Source: Methanoregulaceae archaeon (lineage in GTDB: Archaea; Halobacteriota; Methanomicrobia; Methanomicrobiales; Methanospirillaceae). From it: a stretch of 64,000 nt of DNA. The notes under the pieces were generated by a model, which had not been told where the DNA came from, did no database searches, and saw only the letters and a program-made list of their open reading frames with translations. Made by a program: the position numbers and the translations under genes. This document shows, in pieces, positions 57,962-64,000 of this stretch. The stretch's first letter is position 1, and each line of letters opens with the position of its first letter. The DNA is taken from the NCBI GenBank assembly GCA_035528475.1, contig DATKYO010000114.1, positions 4,739 to 68,738 of the forward strand. Reading direction: 5' to 3'.

Positions 57962-58464
57962 ACCCTATGCAGGAACTCTTCGTTGAGAAGGTGGTTGTTC
58001 ATATGGGTGTTGGCGAGGGTGGCGAAAAGCTCTCAAAGGCAACAGAAATCATGAAAACAATCACCGGTAATACCCCTGTGCGAAATCTGGCCAAAAAGAC
58101 TCAACCCGCGTTTGGTGTCCGAAAGGGAGGCCCTATCGGATGCAAAGTAACTTTGAGAGGCCGGAAAGCCCAGGATTTTCTCCAGACGGCGCTCGATATT
58201 GTAGAGAGAAAGATTTTTCTCACCCAGTTGGACAGAAGCGGTAATTTTTCCTTTGGAATAGAGGAACACACCGACTTCCCCGGCATGTCGTATGATCCGC
58301 AGATCGGTATCTATGGAATGGATGTCAATGTGGTGCTGGCACGGAGAGGAATCAGGATTTCACGCAGGCACGCACAGCAGAAGAAGCTTCCAAAGAAGCA
58401 GACGGTAAAATCCGAGGATACCCTCAAATTCCTTGAGACACACTATCACACAGAGGTGTCCTGA
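57958..58464 (+). CDS. rpl5: 50S ribosomal protein L5
   Basis: uL5 pattern and position. Confidence 0.93.
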   Translation: MNPMQELFVEKVVVHMGVGEGGEKLSKATEIMKTITGNTPVRNLAKKTQPAFGVRKGGPIGCKVTLRGRKAQDFLQTALDIVERKIFLTQLDRSGNFSFGIEEHTDFPGMSYDPQIGIYGMDVNVVLARRGIRISRRHAQQKKLPKKQTVKSEDTLKFLETHYHTEVS

Positions 58465-58619
58465 TGGGTGGAGAAAAGACGAAAAAATTTGGTCGCGGGG
58501 CAAATGAATGCCAGATGTGCGGCCGTCAGCAAGGACTGGTTCGCAGATACCATATTATGCTCTGCCGGCAGTGCTTCCGCGAATGGGCCCAGAAAATGGG
58601 TTTTAAAAAGATGAATTAG
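58464..58619 (+). CDS. rps14: 30S ribosomal protein S14 (zinc-binding type), 51 aa, absent from the ORF track
   Basis: Hand translation gives [51 protein letters not shown], with CxxC...CxxC. There is a TGATG overlap with rpl5. Confidence 0.9.
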   Translation: MGGEKTKKFGRGANECQMCGRQQGLVRRYHIMLCRQCFREWAQKMGFKKMN

Positions 58620-58632
58620 AGGTGATTACACA

Positions 58633-59025
58633 ATGTCAAGATCAAATATCATTGCTGATGGGATGTGTGCCCTTAAAAATGCCGCAGACGGCGGAAAACC
58701 AAGTGTAATCATCGAACCGGCCAGCAAACTCCTCGGAGCTATGTTCCGTATTATGCAGGAATCGGGCTATATTAATGGCTTTGAATTCGTCGATGATGGG
58801 CGGGGAGGCCAGTTTCTGGTTCATCTCAATGGAAGAATTAATAAGTGTGGATCGATTTCACCGCGATATTCGGTACAGTTGAGTGACCTGGAATACTGGG
58901 AAACACAGTATCTACCGGGCAAGAACTTTGGCATCCTTATCCTGTCCACTTCCCGCGGGGTCATGACTCATGAGCAGGCCCGCAAGGAAAATGTGGGAGG
59001 GGAGCTGCTCGGATACGTCTACTGA
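58633..59025 (+). CDS. rps8: 30S ribosomal protein S8
   Basis: uS8 pattern and position. Confidence 0.93.
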   Translation: MSRSNIIADGMCALKNAADGGKPSVIIEPASKLLGAMFRIMQESGYINGFEFVDDGRGGQFLVHLNGRINKCGSISPRYSVQLSDLEYWETQYLPGKNFGILILSTSRGVMTHEQARKENVGGELLGYVY

Positions 59026-59034
59026 GGTGGAGAG

Positions 59035-59559
59035 ATGGCAACAGTACGTTCAGTCAGTATCCCCGAAGGGGCGAACATCGAGTTAGATGGCACGCTACTC
59101 AAGGTAAAAGGACCAAAAGGTGAAATGGAACGGAACATAAGGTTCCCCCAGATAACAGTTGCAGTAACAGACGATGAAGTGAAAATCTCCACTGCATCTG
59201 ACCGAAAACGCATAATGGCCATGGTGGGGACGTATGCCGCCCATGTCAACAATATGTGCATCGGTGTCACTGAGGGATTCGAGTACCGGTTAAAGGTTGT
59301 GTACAGCCACTTTCCGATCCAGCTGAAGCTTACCGGTAATAAACTTGAAATCATCAATTTCCTTGGGGAGAAAAAATCCAGATATGCTATGATTAGTGAA
59401 CGCATTTCTGCGAAAGTCGGGAATGACGAAATCATCCTCGCAGGGATTGATAAGGAGATTCTGGGTAATAGTGCAGCGAAAATCGAGCATGCTACGAAGA
59501 TTCGTAAGCGTGACCCCCGTATTTTCCAGGACGGGATTTATATTGTGCAGAAAGGGTGA
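59035..59559 (+). CDS. rpl6: 50S ribosomal protein L6
   Basis: uL6 pattern and position. Confidence 0.93.
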   Translation: MATVRSVSIPEGANIELDGTLLKVKGPKGEMERNIRFPQITVAVTDDEVKISTASDRKRIMAMVGTYAAHVNNMCIGVTEGFEYRLKVVYSHFPIQLKLTGNKLEIINFLGEKKSRYAMISERISAKVGNDEIILAGIDKEILGNSAAKIEHATKIRKRDPRIFQDGIYIVQKG

Positions 59560-59564
59560 GTAGA

Positions 59565-59975
59565 ATGGCTGATGAAAAGAAGAGATTGATACGTGTCCGC
59601 ACACAAAAAGCCACGAAGTTTAGAAGGGACGGACTAGGGAAGAAAAAGAAACTTTCCGATACCTGGAGAAGGCCACGTGGGCTTCATAATAAGCAGCGTC
59701 TACAGAAAAAGGCCAAAGGTCCTCACCCAACCCCCGGATACGGAAGTCCGCTGGCAGTCCGGGGCCTGCATCCCAGCGGATTCCGCGAGGTGCATGTATT
59801 CAATCCTGCACAACTGGAAGGACTTGACCCGGACCAGGACGCAATACGGATTGGCGGAACGGTTGGAGGCAAAAAGAGGGCCCTTATCCAGGAAGAGGCA
59901 GTATCTGCGGGACTGAAGATCCTGAACCCCAAAGAGATTAAATCGTTAATTGAGGAGGATACGGAAGATGACTGA
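59565..59975 (+). CDS. rpl32e: 50S ribosomal protein L32e
   Basis: eL32 pattern (WRRPRGLHNK) and position. ATG at 59565 is preferred over GTG at 59556. Confidence 0.92.
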   Translation: MADEKKRLIRVRTQKATKFRRDGLGKKKKLSDTWRRPRGLHNKQRLQKKAKGPHPTPGYGSPLAVRGLHPSGFREVHVFNPAQLEGLDPDQDAIRIGGTVGGKKRALIQEEAVSAGLKILNPKEIKSLIEEDTEDD

Positions 59976-60420
59976 TCTCTCTAACCAGAAGAGGGTTTCC
60001 GCATCACTGCTCAAATGCGGTGTCAACCGGGTATGGTTTGATCCGGAACGGCTCCCTGATATCCAGAATGCTATATCCCGGGATGATCTCAGGGAGCTTA
60101 TCGACGGTGGAGCCATCAGAGCTCACCAGGTAAAAGGCGTAAGCAGAGGCCGAGCCAGGGTTAAAATGGCCAAGAGGTCATATGGACACTGTAAGGGTCC
60201 GGGAAGGCACAAGGGAGCAAAGGGTGCAAGGAACCCGCGTAAACGGCAGTGGATCCAGAAGATCCGTGCGATAAGAAAGACCCTTGTCGAGCTTCGGGAC
60301 AGCGGAGAGATTGACCGCCACATGTACCGGCTGCTCTACAGGAAATCGGCAGGCGGACAGTTTAGAAATGTAGCCCATCTCAAGGCTCAACTGGAAATTA
60401 TGTCAGGGAGGATGAAGTAA
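59968..60420 (+). CDS. rpl19e: 50S ribosomal protein L19e
   Basis: eL19 pattern (QKRVSASLLKCGVNRVWFDP). ATG at 59968 is chosen. Confidence 0.92.
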   Translation: MTDLSNQKRVSASLLKCGVNRVWFDPERLPDIQNAISRDDLRELIDGGAIRAHQVKGVSRGRARVKMAKRSYGHCKGPGRHKGAKGARNPRKRQWIQKIRAIRKTLVELRDSGEIDRHMYRLLYRKSAGGQFRNVAHLKAQLEIMSGRMK

Positions 60421-60421
60421 T

Positions 60422-60949
60422 ATGGCAACTGGAGCGAGATACTTTGTTCCTTTCAGGCGGAGAAAAGAAGGCCGGACTGATTATTACAAGCGTACAAAAC
60501 TGGTAATGTCTGACAAGCCCAGGATGGTTGTCCGAAAGACAAACAGGCAGGTCATCATCCAGCTGGTCACAGCCACCCTTGAAGGTGACAGGACACTTGT
60601 TACGGCTCAATCCGCCGAACTTGCCAGATATGGATACGCCGGATCGACGTCAAATACACCGGCGGCATATCTCACGGGCATGCTCTTCGCGGTCAAGGCA
60701 CTGAATGCCGATTATACTCAGGCAATTCTGGACATTGGCCTGAACAGGGCTACGCCTGGTGGAAGAGTTTTTGCTGCACTCAAAGGCGCAGTAACTGCTG
60801 GGCTGGACGTACCTTTTGGCGAGAAGATCCTTCCCGATGATGATCGGGTAAAAGGAGTTCACATTGCCGAATATGCACCGGAGCGTGCGGGAAATCTTGT
60901 CCAGAATGTTGAAGAAACGATCGATGCGATCATGAAGGAGCTCGAGTAA
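60422..60949 (+). CDS. rpl18: 50S ribosomal protein L18
   Basis: uL18 pattern ([13 protein letters not shown]) and position. Confidence 0.93.
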   Translation: MATGARYFVPFRRRKEGRTDYYKRTKLVMSDKPRMVVRKTNRQVIIQLVTATLEGDRTLVTAQSAELARYGYAGSTSNTPAAYLTGMLFAVKALNADYTQAILDIGLNRATPGGRVFAALKGAVTAGLDVPFGEKILPDDDRVKGVHIAEYAPERAGNLVQNVEETIDAIMKELE

Positions 60950-60950
60950 C

Positions 60951-61568
60951 ATGGCGTATGAAAAAGAAGAATGGGTACCCCTCACTGGTCTAGGGAAAAA
61001 GGTGGCCTCTGGAGATATCACCAGTATTGACCAGGTGCTGGACAGTGGAAGGCCCATTAAGGAGCCGGAGATCGTCGATGCCTTCCTGCCCGACCTTGAA
61101 GATGAGGTTCTGGATATCCAGATGGTGCAACGCATGACCGACTCGGGGCGCCGTGTGAAGTTCCGGGCAGTGGTCGTGGTAGGCAACAGGAATGGATATA
61201 TCGGGTTTGGCCAGGGTAAAGACAAACAGGTCGGTGATGCGATACGGAAAGCTATCGTCAATGCAAAGACGAATTTAATCAAAGTGCGAAGAGGTTGTGG
61301 TAGTTGGGAATGCGGATGCAATACAACCCATTCCCTGCCAATGCAGGTTCAGGGCGCGGCAGGAAGCGTAAGAGTCACGCTGAAGCCTGCGCCACAGGGA
61401 ATTGGTCTTGTTACCGGAGATATCGGTAAGAAAGTGCTGGAACTTGCAGGGATCAAGGATGCCTGGACGTTCTCCCGGGGACAGACGAGGACGACCATTA
61501 ATTTTGCAAAAGCGACCTTCAATGCACTAAAAGCGACCAATATGATCAGAACAGGGGGAGCGGAGTGA
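60951..61568 (+). CDS. rps5: 30S ribosomal protein S5
   Basis: uS5 pattern ([16 protein letters not shown]) and position. Confidence 0.93.
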   Translation: MAYEKEEWVPLTGLGKKVASGDITSIDQVLDSGRPIKEPEIVDAFLPDLEDEVLDIQMVQRMTDSGRRVKFRAVVVVGNRNGYIGFGQGKDKQVGDAIRKAIVNAKTNLIKVRRGCGSWECGCNTTHSLPMQVQGAAGSVRVTLKPAPQGIGLVTGDIGKKVLELAGIKDAWTFSRGQTRTTINFAKATFNALKATNMIRTGGAE

Positions 61569-62029
61569 TGTACGCAATAGTTCAGGTCAGGGGAGTAATA
61601 AACACCCGGCGTGATATCAAGGACACACTCAAGATGCTCCGGTTGCACCACATAAATCATTGTGTGCTTGTGCCTGATACCCCGGAATATCTTGGCATGA
61701 TTCGGAAGGTCAAGGATTTTGTGGCCTATGGGGAGATTGATGCATCAACCGTAGAGACTATCCTGCGAACCCGGGGAAGAGTCGTTGGCAATCACCCTTT
61801 TACCGATGAATATGTGAAGGAAAATTCAACATATGAAGGAATCGGGGAGTTTGCCCAGGCTCTGGCGGTTGGCGAGGTGCGACTTATTGATATGCCCGGT
61901 CTCAAGCCGGTCCTTCGCCTCCATCCTCCACGGAAAGGGTATAAGACCATCAAGAGAACCTATCCCCAGGGTGGGGCCCTCGGATACTATGGGAAGGAGA
62001 TCAATGCTCTCCTCTACAAGATGAGGTGA
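61568..62029 (+). CDS. rpl30: 50S ribosomal protein L30
   Basis: uL30 pattern (AIVQVRG...TLKMLRL) and position. The ATG at 61568 overlaps the rps5 stop. Confidence 0.92.
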   Translation: MYAIVQVRGVINTRRDIKDTLKMLRLHHINHCVLVPDTPEYLGMIRKVKDFVAYGEIDASTVETILRTRGRVVGNHPFTDEYVKENSTYEGIGEFAQALAVGEVRLIDMPGLKPVLRLHPPRKGYKTIKRTYPQGGALGYYGKEINALLYKMR

Positions 62030-62035
62030 GATGAG

Positions 62036-62461
62036 ATGCCAGTCAATAAACGATCCAAATTCCGCGGTTCAAGAACCTGCGGCGGAGGAACCCATAAAAA
62101 CAGGCGCGGAGCCGGAAACAGAGGAGGACGGGGAAGAGCGGGTCACCGCGATCACCGTTTTACCCACTTCCTTCTCTATGGAGAGATCCATAACGGGAAA
62201 CACGGTTTCGTGAACCAGACCTCCAGAAAAGAAAAGACCCTGTCCATTGGCAAACTCGACGAGATTGCCAAGATCCTGGTAAATGAAGGTAAAGCGGTCC
62301 AGGAAGGGGATGCCATCAATATCAATGCAGAACAAATCGGTATTGATAAGATACTTGGCAGCGGAAAAGTCACTCAGAAGATGAATATCTCTGCCAGGTC
62401 TTTTTCAGAGCAGGCAAAGGTTAAAATCGAGGCAATGGGTGGCCAGGCACTGGCTATCTAA
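62036..62461 (+). CDS. rpl15: 50S ribosomal protein L15
   Basis: uL15 pattern (glycine/arginine-rich N-terminus) and position. Confidence 0.92.
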   Translation: MPVNKRSKFRGSRTCGGGTHKNRRGAGNRGGRGRAGHRDHRFTHFLLYGEIHNGKHGFVNQTSRKEKTLSIGKLDEIAKILVNEGKAVQEGDAININAEQIGIDKILGSGKVTQKMNISARSFSEQAKVKIEAMGGQALAI

Positions 62462-62480
62462 CCTCTTTTCGGGTGTAAGA

Positions 62481-63914
62481 ATGGGAAACCTGTTGGACCG
62501 AATGGAACCCCTGCTGGCAGCTATGCCTTCGGTGAGAAGCCCTGAAGGCCATATCCATTTCAAGAACAAACTTATTTGGACGGCCGGCATTCTGATTCTC
62601 TATTTTGTACTTGCCAATATCCCGTTATGGGGACTCGATCCGAATTCGCAGGATCTCTTCCTGTACTGGCGAGCCCTCCTTGCCGGAGCCAGCGGCTCTC
62701 TGATTCAGCTTGGTATCGGCCCCATAGTCACGGCATCCATTGTGCTGCAGTTGCTCAAGGGTGCGGATATCCTGCAGATCGACACTGCCGATGTCCGCGG
62801 ACAGGTCATCTACATGGGGCTGCAGAAACTGCTCATTTTTGTGATGATCATCATTGAAGCCGCGCCAAATCTGGTAGGGGGCTTTCTCCTGCCTGATCCG
62901 GCCATAGCCGACGCATTCTTTGGAGGAAATCTCTTTGCTGTCTCGCTCATCATTTTCATCCAGATTTGTATCGGGGGGGTGCTCATCGTGTTTATGGACG
63001 AGGTGGTCACTAAATGGGGAATTGGATCAGGGGTTGGGCTGTTTATTATCGCCGGAATATCGCAGGCCCTGGTCAACGGGTTCATTAACTGGACACCTCT
63101 GAATGACCCTTACCCTGTTGGCTTTTTCCCCAGGCTGGTGGCGGTTATCGCGGATGGAGCGAACTTCCTCCAGTATATGGGGATTGAAATGCTTGCCCTC
63201 ATTGCTACGGTTGTCATTTTTCTGGTTATCGTGTATGTAGAATCCACAAGGATTGAAATTCCCCTTGCCCATGCCCAGGTCAGGGGTGCACGAGCGCGAT
63301 TCCCTGTAAAACTTATCTATGCCAGTGTTCTGCCCATGATCCTTGTGAGGGTGCTCCAGGCGAATATTCAAATGATAGGGCTATTTCTGAATAATGTCGG
63401 GATAACAATTTTCGGGACCTACCAGAACCAGACGCCGGTGAGCGGGCTGATGTGGTACCTTGCACCTATCAATGGTCCGTCGAACTGGATGTGGTGGCTA
63501 TATGACCTTGGGCATGCCCCCTGGGAGGTTCTGACAAGGCTGGGTATAGATGTTACTTTCATGGTAGTCGGTGGTGCGATCTTTGCCCTCTTCTGGATCA
63601 AGACTGCAGGCCTTGATTCAAAGGACGTTGCCCGCCAGATACAGATGAGCGGGATGTCAATTCCCGGCTACCGGCGTAATCCGCAGGTACTGGAGAAATA
63701 TCTCAGCCGGTATATCCCCAGGGTCACAGTCATCGGTGGTGTATTTATCGGGCTGCTTTCTGTTTTTGCCAACCTTTTTGGTGTTATAGGAGCAGTGAGT
63801 GGAACAGGTCTGCTTTTGACGGTGAGTATTACGTATCGACTGTATGAGGAGATTGCCAGCCAGCAGATGATGGAGATGTACCCGTTTATGCGGACATTCT
63901 TTGGGAAGGAGTGA
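62481..63914 (+). CDS. secY: preprotein translocase subunit SecY
   Basis: A ten-TM hydrophobic protein with SecY motifs, in the conserved position after rpl15. ATG at 62481 is chosen. Confidence 0.93.
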   Translation: MGNLLDRMEPLLAAMPSVRSPEGHIHFKNKLIWTAGILILYFVLANIPLWGLDPNSQDLFLYWRALLAGASGSLIQLGIGPIVTASIVLQLLKGADILQIDTADVRGQVIYMGLQKLLIFVMIIIEAAPNLVGGFLLPDPAIADAFFGGNLFAVSLIIFIQICIGGVLIVFMDEVVTKWGIGSGVGLFIIAGISQALVNGFINWTPLNDPYPVGFFPRLVAVIADGANFLQYMGIEMLALIATVVIFLVIVYVESTRIEIPLAHAQVRGARARFPVKLIYASVLPMILVRVLQANIQMIGLFLNNVGITIFGTYQNQTPVSGLMWYLAPINGPSNWMWWLYDLGHAPWEVLTRLGIDVTFMVVGGAIFALFWIKTAGLDSKDVARQIQMSGMSIPGYRRNPQVLEKYLSRYIPRVTVIGGVFIGLLSVFANLFGVIGAVSGTGLLLTVSITYRLYEEIASQQMMEMYPFMRTFFGKE

Positions 63915-63916
63915 GT

Positions 63917-64000
63917 ATGTCGGAAAGGAGAGTAATCATTACCGGAGTGCCCGGAGTAGGCAAGACAACAGTGGTCAATGGGGCATTGAAAACCCTTGAA
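63917..64000 (+). CDS. adkA: adenylate kinase (archaeal type), 5' fragment cut by the window end
   Basis: MSERRVIITGVPGVGKTT P-loop, in the canonical position after secY. Confidence 0.8.
   Translation, partial: MSERRVIITGVPGVGKTTVVNGALKTLE

Overview
The window is a core chromosomal region of a hydrogenotrophic methanogenic archaeon. Gene content and order look Methanomicrobiales-like, but the exact taxon cannot be assigned without a database search. It is densely coding and mostly housekeeping. It holds the F420-reducing hydrogenase operon frhADGB, the methanogenesis and C1-carrier genes mer and mtd, and cofactor genes (mptA and an MfnE-like kinase). It also holds ilvC, purL, an aspartate-dehydrogenase-type NAD operon (nadX-nadA-nadC), iorAB, AMP phosphorylase, and an S-layer protein with a PGF-CTERM anchor. 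RNA-modification genes are present too (cbf5, nop5-flpA, a MiaB-like enzyme). The last 13 kb is the canonical archaeal ribosomal-protein cluster, from rpl3 through rpl15, then secY and the start of adk.

Six tRNAs and a roughly 310-nt archaeal SRP (7S) RNA can be read directly from the sequence. Two short genes missing from the ORF track were added: ribosomal protein S14 and a 53-aa zinc-ribbon protein. I found no CRISPR array, transposase, integrase or prophage.

The observations most worth a second look are:
- A hairpin-dense ~0.6 kb non-coding block with its own TATA boxes, directly upstream of rpl3.
- A 3.4 kb neighbourhood encoding three membrane-anchored or secreted nucleic-acid-type proteins plus two small HTH regulators.
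- A divergent tubulin/FtsZ-superfamily gene.
- A homopolymer frameshift splitting a DUF1614-like membrane protein gene.
- A CAU-anticodon tRNA that looks like tRNA-Ile2 rather than tRNA-Met.
- An orphan DNA methyltransferase coupled to iorAB.

All functional calls rest on motif and family recognition by eye. None were confirmed by a search.
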